A stretch of DNA of 64,000 bases from Macrostomum lignano (taxonomy: Eukaryota). Numbering within the stretch: the first letter of the stretch is position 1; every line of letters starts with the position of its first letter. The position numbers were made by a program, and so were the translations under genes. Below, in pieces: positions 44,025-55,466 of the stretch. Under the pieces are notes generated by a model. That model saw only the letters and a list, made by a program, of their open reading frames with translations. It ran no database searches and was not told where the DNA came from. The stretch lies in assembly GCA_002269645.1 (NCBI GenBank), contig NIVC01002286.1, positions 122,820 to 186,819 of the forward strand, in the 5' to 3' direction.

Positions 44025-45674
44025 TCAGTGCAACGAGCGCTGGATCACGGCAGCCCGAATGAACTCCCGCATCTCCGGCTTGCCGCTCGCCCCACCCACC
44101 GCAGAGGTGGCGGCGGCTCCGCCCTCCGGCTCCGGCACATTCATCCGCCTGGCTAGCGCCTCCAGCCGCGTCACCCGCTCAGCCAGCCGCTCCTGTTCGC
44201 CTTTGCTGGTCTCCTGATGCACCCGAAGGCGCTCCGTCATCTGCGGGGTTTGAATAACAGCTACTTCAGTGCCCACAGCTACCTTCCCAGTGCCTTCAGT
44301 CCCCACAGCTACCTTCCCAGTGCCTTCAGTCCCCACAGCTACCTTCCCAGTGCCTTCAGTGCCCACAGCTACCTTCCCAGTGCCTTCAGTGCCCACAGCT
44401 ACCTTCCCAGTGCCTTCAGTGCCCACAGCTGCCCTCCCAGTGCCTTCAGTGCCCACAGCTACCTTCCCAGTGCCTTCAGTGCCCACAGCTACCTTCCCAG
44501 TGCCTTCAGTGCCCACAGCTACCTTCCCAGTGCCTTCAGTGCCCACAGCTACCTTCCCAGTGCCTTCAGTGCCCACAGCTACCTTCCCAGTGCCTTCAGT
44601 GCCCACAGCTGCCCTCCCAGTGCCTTCAGTGCCCACAGCTACCCTCCCAGTGCCTTCAGTCCCCACAGCTACCCTCCCAGTGCCTTCAGTCCCCACAGCT
44701 ACCTTCCCAGTGCCTTCAGTGCCCACAGCAGCCCTCCCAGTGCCTACAGTGCCCACAGCAGCCCTCCCAGTGCCTTCAGTGCCCACAGCAGCCCTCCCAG
44801 TGCCTACAGTGCCCACAGCAGCCCTCCCAGTGCCTTCAGTGCCCACAGCTACCTTCCCAGTGCCTTCAGTGCCCACAGCTGCCCTCCCAGTGCCTTCAGT
44901 GCCCACAGCTACCCTCCCAGTGCCTACAGTGCCCACAGCAGCCCTCCCAGTGCCTTCAGTGCCCACAGCTGCCCTCCCAGTGCCTACAGTGCCCACAGCA
45001 GCCCTCCCAGTGCCTTCAGTGCCCACAGCTACCCTCCCAGTGCCTACAGTGCCCACAGCTGCCCTCCCAGTGCCTACAGTGCCCACAGAAGCCCTCCCAG
45101 TGCCTTCAGTGCCCACAGCAGCCCTCCCAGTGCCTTCAGTGCCCACAGCTACCTTCCCAGTGCCTTCAGTGCCCACAGCTGCCCTCCCAGTGCCTTCAGT
45201 GCCCACAGCTACCTTCCCAGTGCCTTCAGTGCCCACAGCTGCCCTCCCAGTGCCTTCAGTGCCCACAGCTACCCTCCCAGTGCCTTCAGTCCCCACAGCT
45301 ACCTTCCCAGTGCCTTCAGTGCCCACAGCTGCCCTCCCAGTACCTACAGCTCCCAGCTCCCTCCCAGTCCAAGCGGTCACCTGACCCGCGTGCTGCTTGG
45401 CCATCTCGGTGGACCGCACCGCCAACTCGGTAGCCCGCTCAAGCCTGGAAAGCTCGATGTCCGCCTTGCGAACGGCCTCCTCTAGCAGGTCGGCCTGGGC
45501 GCTGGCGGACGTGGCCCTGGCTCGGGCCTGACTGAGCTTCTGCTCCAAGGCGGAGACGAATTTCAGCTCGGTCTCTAAGCCGCGCTGGTATTTCTCCAGC
45601 TCGGCGCCCAGGCTGCCGATGGTGTCGATGAGGCCGTCCTCCAGATTTTGCTTGCTATTGCTGCTGCTGTCCAT
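44025..45674 (-). CDS. Small predicted coiled-coil protein (~169 aa spliced; exons 45674-45381 and 44240-44025)
   Basis: Heptad-rich non-repetitive ends (LEKYQRGLETELKFVSALEQKLSQ; ERLAERVTRLEAL). A CAG|GTGACC donor at 45380 and a CAG acceptor at 44241 flank a 30-bp array. No family recognised. Confidence 0.6.
   Translation of the reverse strand: MDSSSNSKQNLEDGLIDTIGSLGAELEKYQRGLETELKFVSALEQKLSQARARATSASAQADLLEEAVRKADIELSRLERATELAVRSTEMAKQHAGQVTAWTGRELGAVGTGRAAVGTEGTGKVAVGTEGTGRVAVGTEGTGRAAVGTEGTGKVAVGTEGTGRAAVGTEGTGKVAVGTEGTGRAAVGTEGTGRASVGTVGTGRAAVGTVGTGRVAVGTEGTGRAAVGTVGTGRAAVGTEGTGRAAVGTVGTGRVAVGTEGTGRAAVGTEGTGKVAVGTEGTGRAAVGTVGTGRAAVGTEGTGRAAVGTVGTGRAAVGTEGTGKVAVGTEGTGRVAVGTEGTGRVAVGTEGTGRAAVGTEGTGKVAVGTEGTGKVAVGTEGTGKVAVGTEGTGKVAVGTEGTGKVAVGTEGTGRAAVGTEGTGKVAVGTEGTGKVAVGTEGTGKVAVGTEGTGKVAVGTEGTGKVAVGTEVAVIQTPQMTERLRVHQETSKGEQERLAERVTRLEALARRMNVPEPEGGAAATSAVGGASGKPEMREFIRAAVIQRSLH
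44273..45345. repeat. 30-bp minisatellite (AGTGCCTTCAGTGCCCACAGCTACCTTCCC), ~36 copies
   Basis: Direct reading. Confidence 0.95.
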
Positions 45675-45739
45675 GATGGCTGATTTGCTGCCGGTTTCTG
45701 GCAATTCAGCAATTATCGAGTGAGTATTGCTATACTAAC

Positions 45740-45975
45740 GTGCTAAAGTACTAGCGTGCTAAAGTACTAGCGTACTAAATTACTAGCGTACTAAAGTACT
45801 AGCGTACTAAAGTACTAGCGTACTAAAGTAGTAGGGTACTAAAGTACTAGCGTACTAAAGTACTAGCGTACTAAAGTACTAGCGTACTAAAGTAGTAGGG
45901 TACTAAAGTACTAGCGTACTAGAGTACTACCATACTAAAGTACTACCGGACTAAAGTACTACCGTATAAAAGTAC
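45740..45975. repeat. 16-bp tandem repeat (CTAAAGTACTAGCGTA)
   Basis: Direct reading. Confidence 0.85.
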
Positions 45976-47350
45976 TGCGCGGTACGACTACAATTAAGCA
46001 CTATCGAACTAAAGTAATAAAGTAATACAAAATTACTGCTTACTCGATAATTTAAAAAATGTGATGCGCACTAGTTGGTATGCTTTTATCCCATTTCTAC
46101 TACGGATTTGAATCAATACATAATACAATTAATCAAATACAGAAGCGAATAAAAATTAGGAAACAAAACTCATTCTGCTCTGTGATAGTTTTTAAGCAGT
46201 GTGCAGTTCTTTATAAATAATATAATTGGTAACAAGGAATATCAACTCGGCAATGTATAATAAGTTTGTAATGGAATACAGCGCGTACATACACAGAAAA
46301 CGCACACATTATTAAAGAGTAGAGTACGTATATGGCCACAAGCGCGTCAAGAGCTTGAGTTGCGGGTATAAATATACATAAACTAAATTATCAAATAAAA
46401 ACTCTAGCAAGCACTGCAGGCAATGCGTAACCAGTAATAAAGGCTGCAATTCCGTTTGAGATCAAGAACTAGATTTTGTTATAAATTTAAGGCAAGCGGG
46501 AGATTACACTGCGGTTACAGTCAGACACAGAGACATGGACACCTGCTGGTGCATCAACAGACAGACAGAAACCCAGATACTAAATTAGCCAGTCAGAGTC
46601 ACCATAGCAACACACCATAAATAAAAATATTGAAGACAAATATAAAAATTTAGATTGCAACTTTGCTATATGCATAAATTTGATAACAAAAAGATACTAA
46701 ATGACATAGAATTAGTTTTAGAAAGATTGCATTAGGTTTAAACACTGACTTGTGCTTGGAATTCCTAGCCAGATAAATTATTGGAATGCCTGCTTCAATA
46801 AAATGAACTGCAAAAAGCATCAGATTATAAAATAGCGATGAGTCTGTCTGAAGTAGCCAGTTTTATTAAATATTAAACTGTGTATTTTATTTTGAAAAAT
46901 ATGTATTTAATAGATTTAAAGCACATCGTGTACTTATTAAATAACGTTAACGGAAAATTTGTACTCACTAAATGAAGCGACGAGAAGCCACGGACAAAAA
47001 AGAAATATTAAGACAGGAATGCAGCAGGAGAAGAAACGCAAAGCCAAATAAAAGCAAACGATGGCTGTTAGGGAAAAAAATGTGTGCGCATTGCGGAATC
47101 AGACAGACAGTTTTATGAGCAGACAGGTGAGAGAGAGAGACCGGCCATAAATTGCAATGAGTAACCATTTAACGGTAAAGCCAGTCCGTACCAGCTATTT
47201 AGATAGAAACAGCCAACAAGGAGTCAGGACAGGAAAAACACAACTGTAGCACAAATAAGATGACGAGGCATCGCAACGGTACGGCTCGGTAACTCCTTGG
47301 CGCGATTACCCCCCCCCCCTGATGTGAATTCAGTGGGATTTGAAAGCGGG

Positions 47351-49180
47351 TCACTGCTCCTGCTGCATCTTGCGCACCATGTCCAGCACCCGAGACTGCC
47401 GCATAGAGGGCGCCCTGGCCGGCGGCGCTGCTGTCTTGGAAGCTGACGCCGGAGCCGCAGCCGGGGCCCGCGAGGACTCGGCAGTGGCGGCTGGAGCAGC
47501 AGCAGCGGGGGATTTCAGAGACACCGGCCGGAGACCGCCCAGCTGAGCGGACAGGTCTGGCGATGAGCGACTCATGCTGCTGTTGCTGCTACTGCTGCTT
47601 TTAGAAGCATCTGAGCCAACAGCGGCTGGCGAGGCGGAGGTTTTTGCAGCAGTGCCAGCGGCAGCCGAGGAGTCGCCAGAGCCGCGCGGCACCGGCCGGA
47701 GACGTCGGCGAAGGAATTCGGCAACCGGAGGTGCCGTTGCCGAGTCGTCTGCAGCGGCAGTTGAGGCGGTGGAGGCGCCGACCTTCAATGCCGAAGCAGC
47801 GTTGCTTGGCGACTCAGAGCGGTCGTTGCTGCCCCTAGAAGCGGCGGTAGGGGCCGGGCGTACGGCGGCAATCTGGTCGGAGGAGCGGGAGGCCGGCACT
47901 GTTGAGACCGGACGGGGCGCCACGCGCGGCTTCGGGCCCAGCGGCGCGGGTTTGGTTGGAGCCGCTGCCGGCGCGGTGGCGTTAGCTGGCGAGGGCTTCG
48001 CAACAACTGGAGGCGGAGGCGTCGGTTTTGCTGCTGCCGAGCGGTTGGCCAGCGAGGCCCGCGCGGCCGCGATAGGGTTGTCCGCCGCTCCGCTGCTCGG
48101 TGGGGAGCCGGAGGCGGCGGCGGCGATCGCGGCGCCGGGAGATGTGGCGTGCCTGGCGGAGGCGAACACGCTGGCCGGCCGGCTTGCGACCGCCGCTGAC
48201 GACTTGGAAGCCGCCGCTGGCATGGTCGGCGTGGTCGCATCGACCGCGGCGAAATCTGTAGCCGCCATGGTTCGAGTTTTGCGCAGTTGAACGCCGACAA
48301 ATTCCGCTTTCGGCTGTGACGTTGTTGACGAGTCGTCGGCGGCAGTCGCAGGCGGGTTTGCCGGCTTCCGGCGCAGCTGCGGCACCGGCGCGCCGTCCCG
48401 ACCGGCGCCGGCGCCACCGCCTAGCAGGGCCGCAAACGGCGTCGCCTGACCGATGATTCGCTTCGGCGACTCTTTTGTCGGCTGCTGCTGCTGCTGGGAT
48501 GGCGGAGCCGCCGGCTGCTGCCAGCGGGCAGGCCGCAGCTCGTCTTCGACAATCGGCAGCGCCGCCTTGGCCGTCTGGACCGCCGTCTCCTCCCGGATAA
48601 AACCGAGGCCGGGGGCAGAGCTGGCCGCTGCTGTCGACGAACCCGAAGCTGTTCCGCAGGCGCCGGTAGAGACACCGCCGCTGCCGCCACTGCCACCGCC
48701 GGCGCTTTGCCGATGCTGCGACGTCGGTCGTCGGGCGGGCCGCCTGACCGACATTTTGTGTTGCGCGGCAGAGTGGTCCAGCGGGTCGGCCGATGCCGCC
48801 GCCCCCGCTGCCGCAGCTGCTGCGGCGCCAGCTGCCGCGTCAGACACGTCGTCAGTGGAAGATCCATAGGAGAGCAGCGACCTGGTGGAGGCCGACCGGC
48901 TGTGATGAAGCCGAGGCTCTTCGTCAGCTCCGGGGGTCGGGCTGCGGGGAAGTCCCTCATCGTCGGACGTGAGGCTGGCCTGCTGCGGCCGGTTGTTGTT
49001 CTGGACTGGCAAATTCGGCTGCTGGGGCCGCTCGACGCCGCGCGGAATGGGGATCGGCCTGGCTGGGGCGGCGGCAGCGGCTGGTTGCGGAGGTCCCGAC
49101 GAAGGGGCGGCAGCGGCAGCTGCTGATGCTGATGAAGAGGATGACTGCTGCTGAGCTGCAGCCGACGCCCCAGCTGGAAC
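47351..49180 (-). CDS. Terminal exon of a Pro/Ser/Ala-rich low-complexity protein with a CRACD/KIAA1211-like LDHSAAQHKMSVR motif
   Basis: 610-codon open GC-rich frame after a polypyrimidine-CAG acceptor at 49181, ending VLDMVRKMQQEQ*. The family resemblance is from memory of the DUF4592 motif LDNSAAKHKLSVK. Confidence 0.65.
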   Translation of the reverse strand, partial: VPAGASAAAQQQSSSSSASAAAAAAPSSGPPQPAAAAAPARPIPIPRGVERPQQPNLPVQNNNRPQQASLTSDDEGLPRSPTPGADEEPRLHHSRSASTRSLLSYGSSTDDVSDAAAGAAAAAAAGAAASADPLDHSAAQHKMSVRRPARRPTSQHRQSAGGGSGGSGGVSTGACGTASGSSTAAASSAPGLGFIREETAVQTAKAALPIVEDELRPARWQQPAAPPSQQQQQPTKESPKRIIGQATPFAALLGGGAGAGRDGAPVPQLRRKPANPPATAADDSSTTSQPKAEFVGVQLRKTRTMAATDFAAVDATTPTMPAAASKSSAAVASRPASVFASARHATSPGAAIAAAASGSPPSSGAADNPIAAARASLANRSAAAKPTPPPPVVAKPSPANATAPAAAPTKPAPLGPKPRVAPRPVSTVPASRSSDQIAAVRPAPTAASRGSNDRSESPSNAASALKVGASTASTAAADDSATAPPVAEFLRRRLRPVPRGSGDSSAAAGTAAKTSASPAAVGSDASKSSSSSNSSMSRSSPDLSAQLGGLRPVSLKSPAAAAPAATAESSRAPAAAPASASKTAAPPARAPSMRQSRVLDMVRKMQQEQ

Positions 49181-49865
49181 CTGGATCGGATGAGAGAGAG
49201 AACAGCCGAGAGGTTATATACAAAGTACATCTGGGACAATTATGCCTAACAGTGGACTAACAGCTGCTCGAACAGACAGCTCCCACCCCCTCCCTTCCTT
49301 AATTCCGACAGCGAATAGTGGGATTATGGAAGAAAATGCAATTACTGATTGGGCACGAAAGTGAACGACTGTTAACTGTGGATTTCTGACTCGGGCCTCT
49401 GCGACTAACTGTTTATTCAACTGTCACCGCCTGGGAGTCAGAGTGTGTTTACAGGACAGACAAGCCCGCCCTTGTTGCAGTTGCTATGTAGCTAGTCAGA
49501 GTTAATAAGTGTAAGCTCTCATGTCAGCCCTGTGCCGATATTTATATGCAAACTAGAACTGCCTGGCTGGCGGGTGCCAGTTCAAACTGACAGCTCTGAC
49601 AAGAAAGAAATATTGTATATTGCCGCAGGGCCCGCAGAATAAACACTTGCTTTCAGGCAAATAAGATTTACCGCGTTGAAGTATGAAATTCTATCACAGA
49701 TGATATATTTGGGCACAGTGCGAACTTAAATAGACAGATAATACAGCATATACACAGAAAAGGAAAAAAATCAGGACAAGTGACAAGAGAGAGTCAAGTG
49801 GGGCAGAGTAAAGCAACCGGGTTCCATTCCGTGGCTCAAGGAGAGACTTTTGAGAGGCTCAATGG

Positions 49866-50767
49866 GAGTTGCTGAGATGCCAAGGCTCATGAGGGGGGGG
49901 GGTGCTGAGATGCCAAGGCTCATGAAGGGGAGTTGCTGAGATGCCAAGGCTCATGAGGGGGGGGTTGCTGAGATGCCATGGCTCATGAGGGGGGGGGGGT
50001 TGCTCAGATGCCAAGGCTCATGAGGGGGAGTTGCTGAGATGCCAAGGCTCATGAGGGGGGGGGGTTGCTGAGATGCAAAGGCTCATGAGATGGGGTTGCT
50101 GAGATGTCAAGGCTCATGAGATGGGGTTGCTGAGATGTCAAGGCTCATGAGATGGGGTTGCTGAGATGTCAAGGCTCATGAGATGGGGTTGCTGAGATGT
50201 CAAGGCTCATGAGATGGGGTTGCTGAGATGCCAAGGCTCATGAGGGGGAGTTGCTGAGATGCCAAGGCTCATGAGATGGGGTTGCTGAGATGCCATGGCT
50301 CATGAGATGGGGTTGCTGAGATGCCAAGGCTCATGAGGGGGAGTTGCTGAGATGCCAAGGCTCATGAGGGGGAGTTGCTGAGATGCCAAGGCTCATGAGA
50401 TGGGGTTGCTGAGATGCCATGGCTCATGAGATGGGGTTGCTGAGATGCCAAGGCTCATGAGATGGGGTTGCTGAGATGTCAAGGCTCATGAGATGGGGTT
50501 GCTGAGATGTCAAGGCTCATGAGATGGGGTTGCTGAGATGTCAAGGCTCATGAGATGGGGTTGCTGAGATGCCAAGGCTCATGAGATGGGGTTGCTGAGA
50601 TGCCATGGCTCATGAGATGGGGTTGCTGAGATGCCAAGGCTCATGAGGGGGAGTTGCTGAGATGCCAAGGCTCATGAGGGGGAGTTGCTGAGATGCCATG
50701 GCTCATAAGATGGGGTTGCTGAGATGCCAAGGCTCATGAGATGGGGTTGCTGAGATGCCATGGCTCA
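49866..50767. repeat. 31-bp minisatellite (TTGCTGAGATGCCAAGGCTCATGAGATGGGG), ~29 copies
   Basis: Direct reading. Confidence 0.93.
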
Positions 50768-51759
50768 AAGGGTCTGATGCTTTTCGCTTTAAGCATCATT
50801 TTCCTTAAGAAACTAGCAGTAGTGAGTACTTAAGGCCTTCTACATGTACTGTTCAAAGGAATCTATTCAACGGGAGGGCGGACAGCAAACTCCGCAGACT
50901 CTCACAATTCGCACAGTATTCGAGCTGGCAAGTCCCCGCCTCGCTCCGCCAAGCAGCAGGGAGTCGCGCAAAGCAGCAGTGCGAGCTGCCGGCCGACTGC
51001 TGGAAGCCAGCGGCGAGGTCGGATTAGCAAAATTCGAATTCGAGGCGGAATGACCGATGGAGGAGGAAGGCCGAGATGCTGTAGCAACATAAGCCGACTG
51101 ACGCATAGCGATGGATGAATGATTATCTGGATAAAATTGCTGCTAGGCTGTCTGAGCGGCCAGTACTTATCCAGTACTATTATTATTAACATGGAGCAAG
51201 GCTCGGCTTATAAAATCCAGCGCTTGCTCTCGGCGCACCCATACAGGCCAATAAGAGTCCAGTGTGCAATGCAGAAATATCTCTGTCAACTGCCGGCCAA
51301 AACCAGTAGCGAGCGGGCGCAAGAGAGACAAATAGAGCTGGCCAGTGCAGAAGTGTAGACCCCAGACAGGCAAGCGCAGTAGGCATAAGCCTGCATCGTC
51401 TATCCACCGCTCTGCACAGTAAGATTCAATTCATGCAGCAATTTGAGAACTGATAAGCCCCCCCCCCCCGACCAAGCTAATAAATATCTACCCGCCGCAT
51501 CAAGTGTGAGAACCTTTCAAGATAAAATGCGAACCCCACAGAGAGAGGTGGATAAATTCTGGTGAAAGCACCCCCCCCCCTGAAAACCGATGTTTAGCAT
51601 TGTTCTGGGTGTTGTATTACAGATTCTTGTTAAGCAGGTGAAAAGAGACAGCATTTTAGCAGAGAGATTCGCTACTTATTAGTCTTTCTAGTAGGCCCAG
51701 ATTTCGCCTGGGTTATAGTGCAGATAATTGTGTAGGGGGGTAGCTTCAGCCCTGCAGGT

Positions 51760-52034
51760 CTGACTGACTGACTGACTGACTGACTGACTGACTGACTGAC
51801 TGACTGACTGACTGACTGACTGACTGACTGACTGACTGACTGACTGACTGACTGACTGACTGACTGACTGACTGACTGACTGACTGACTGACTGACTGAC
51901 TGACTGACTGACTGACTGACTGACTGACTGACTGACTGACTGACTGACTGACTGACTGACTGACTGACTGACTGACTGACTGACTGACTGACTGACTGAC
52001 TGACTGACTGACTGACTGACTGACTGACTGACTG
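51760..52034. repeat. (ACTG)n microsatellite, ~68 units
   Basis: Direct reading. Confidence 0.98.
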
Positions 52035-52384
52035 AGAAATGAGCAATTTTTTAATGCGAGCAGCGGAATCCAAGCACAGATATCAGAATTCGACACGCTG
52101 GCAGACTGAAGCGCAATAAAAACAGACGCCCTGCCGCTACATCACCAATAGAACACTGCAGAAGCGCTGGCCGCTGAATTGTGTTGTAAGGAATCGCAGG
52201 CAGCGGCAGCCTCATTCAAGCGGAATGATGAAGAGGTGCTACTTCTGTGTGCACTTCTGCCAGTGCAGTCAGCAATCAGTGCGATAGCTGCCTTGCGCAG
52301 ATAGATTGAGAGCAGACCTTCTAGCCAGCACAGCTCATGACACAGCACCCAGTGAATTCAGCGCGTGTTTCTGCATAGCACGGC

Positions 52385-52790
52385 ATCTAACACATTATCT
52401 AACACAGGATATTAACACACGATATCTAACACACTATACGCTCGTATTTAACACATTATCTAACACACGATGTCTAACACACGATATTCAACACACAATA
52501 TCTAACACCTGATATCTAACACACACCTAACACCTGATATCTAACACACACCTAACACACGATATCTAAAACACAATATCTAACACATGATATTAACACA
52601 CGATATCTAACACATGATATCTAACACATGATATCTAGCACACCATTGCTAACACATGATATCTAGCACACGATATCTAACGCACAATATCTAACACATT
52701 ATGTTTAACACATGATATCTAACACACGATATCTAATACGATATCTAACACACGATATATAACACACAAAATCTAACACCATGTCTAACA
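52385..52790. repeat. Degenerate ~14-bp repeat (ATATCTAACACACG)
   Basis: Direct reading. Confidence 0.75.
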
Positions 52791-52810
52791 ACCCATCTTT
52801 TATTACTCAC

Positions 52811-53197
52811 CGCATCAGCCTCTGAATCGCAGTTGCTGCCTCTTTTATAATCTTCTTTGTCGTCGCCAGAACCGCCTGATTGCGCTGCCGCCTGGGCTGC
52901 ACCGACAGCCAGCAGGTCCGGCTCCGAAAACCATCGATCGGACTTCTGCTTAGCCTTATCCGCGGCCTCATCCAGGCCCGCCTTCAGCCGTCTCTGCAGC
53001 CGGGACTTGGACACCCGATCGGCGCCAGTCGCCACGCTGCTAGCCGGAATGCAGCCGACTGAACCGCCGCCTGCAGCGGCCGATTTCAAGCTGCTCCGCT
53101 TACCGCCGTCGGCAGCCAGCCCGACCTTCCCCCGATCGACGCTGCCGCCGCTGGCCAGCCGAGAGCCGGGCTGCTTATTGAATTGATCGTCTGTCAT
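52811..53197 (-). CDS. Probable upstream coding exon (MTDDQFNK...SDRWFSEPDLL...EADA) of the gene ending at 47351
   Basis: ATG in GC-rich open frame ending at a GCG|GTGAGT donor (52810). Linkage to 49180 through intermediate exons (e.g. ~50915-51080) is not resolved. Confidence 0.5.
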
Positions 53198-54521
53198 GGC
53201 GGCTGGCTGGCTGGCCGGGTTGCATCAGTGCCATAGCGGATTGGCGCATTTAATTGTATTATTGCGCATATGTTCCAACTGCACTACTTATTATAGTAAT
53301 CCAGTAGCATTGAAAGAGTTTTTTCAAGTCTATATACTGCCGCCTACTTTTATTACTAGAGGCAGGGGACATCCTGTGACGCACTTTAAGCGACATTGTC
53401 ACACAAGCGCGCGGATACGTACGCAGTCATACGCACAGGCGCACACTCCCACAGGAGTCGAGTGGAATCGAGCCTGGGCCGCTAGCACATCAGAGGGCCG
53501 CGCTAGACCACTATGCTACTACTGTCTCCTACAGAACTGTATTATTATAAAATGAAATGCAGAAAAGCAACAGATTACAATATTATCATACAGACAAAAA
53601 ATATGTAGTTCTATTTTTTACACCAGCCAACAAGCGGTAAGGCCTGGTCGCTTGTGGAACTCATATTTGCTAAACTTTGGAACCCTAGCAAAACAAAGGA
53701 TTTACAGGATATTACAACAGGATATTACAAAACCAAGCTGATAGAAGTCTCCCAGAAGACAGCTAAAAGGCTAAAAAATGGTTGCTATTTAAAAATTTGT
53801 GCAGAATGAGAAAAAGTCAAACCTGCCCATACAGTAAGTTCAGAACTTCAGCAACAAACTTAAACTTTTCAAGCAAAAAAAACAAAAAAGCAAAAACAAC
53901 AAAAAGCTGCCAAGAAACAAACAAAATAAGCAGATAGGATAAACAAAGTAGGACACTGGGAACTTTTATAAGGCCGATGTAAAAACTTTACTGTATTACT
54001 GATCGAACAATAATGATACTACTGAGATTGTAACTGACAGTCAGTAGTAAGACAGTAGCTATTGATCGTAAAGTTGTGCAATTCGTTAAATAATGCTATT
54101 AAAATTATGAAAATGAATACACAAACTAAAGGTGCAGTCTAATTAATTAAAATTATAATTATATTACACAGGACGTAATGAGCCAAACTAATTAATGTTT
54201 CAAGCGCTGTAAATGCTTCATATAGTAGTAAGCCCTTTCTATAGTTAAAAAGGAGCATAAAATACCAAGCATGTTTAGCAGCCCTGGATAGCACGTGACA
54301 GCAGAGTTTGCTGTGTGTCATATGAACCGGTGTGATGGCTTTTTCACGAAAATATGATTTACAAAGAATGCTTCTGTACTCCTGATGCATTCGAATTGTC
54401 GGGATAATAATATTAGATTAAAGTTGACTAAACTTGTGATTAATTTGTATGCAACGCATTTAAAATTACAATAGTCACTCTGTACCTTGTAAATAAAACA
54501 ATATTATAAAGCATAAAAATG

Positions 54522-55260
54522 GGGTGGGTGTTGGGTGCCTGGGAGCGGGTGTACATTGAGGTGGTGGGTGTTGGATGCCTGGGAGCGGGTGTACATTGAG
54601 GTGGTGGGTGTTGGATGCCTGGGAGCGGGTGTACATTGAGGTGGTGGGTGTTGGCTGCCTGGGAGCGGGTGTACATTGAGGTGGTGGGTGTTGGCTGCAT
54701 GGGAGCGGGTGTACATTGAGGTGGTGGGTGTTGGATGCCTGGGAGCGGATGTACATTGAGGTGGTGGGTGTTGGATGCCTGGGGGCGGATGTACATTGAG
54801 GTGGTGGGTGTTGGATGCCTGGGAGCGGGTGAACATTGGGGTGGTGGGTGTTGGCTGCCTGGGAGCGAGTGAACATTGGGGTGGTGGGTGTTGGCTGCCT
54901 GGGAGCGGGTGTACATTGAGGTGGTGGGTGTTGGGTGCCTGGGAGCGGGTGTACATTGAGGTGGTGGGTGTTGGATGCCTGGGAGCGGGTGTACATTGAG
55001 GTGGTGGGTGTTGGCTGCCTGGGAGCTGGTGTACATTGAGGTGGTGGGTGTTGGCTGTCGGGGAGCGGGTGAACATTGAGGTGGTGGGTGTTGGCTATCT
55101 GGGAGCGGGTGTACATTGGGGTAGTGGGTGTTGGCTGCCTGGGAGCGGGTGAACATTGGATTGGTGGGTGTTGGATGCCTGGGAGTGGGTGAACATTGGA
55201 TTGGTGGGTGTTGGATGCCTGGAAGCGGGTGTACATTGGGGTGGTGTTGGCTGCCTTGGA
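54522..55260. repeat. 40-bp G-rich minisatellite (GGGAGCGGGTGTACATTGAGGTGGTGGGTGTTGGATGCCT), ~18 copies
   Basis: Direct reading. Confidence 0.93.
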
Positions 55261-55466
55261 GCGAATGTATATTGGGGTGGAGGGGTGGGGACTATTTCAA
55301 CTAAGATGTTTACATATTATGTCTTCTAAAACCAAAAAACATACACAGCTATTATTAGTCAAGACCAGTTCGGCAATGCTCATATGAGCTCCTAGCAACA
55401 AAAGTACAAAATCAAATAAACTCGCGCGAATCAAAATGACAAAGCACAAGTTGTAGTTCTATAAAG

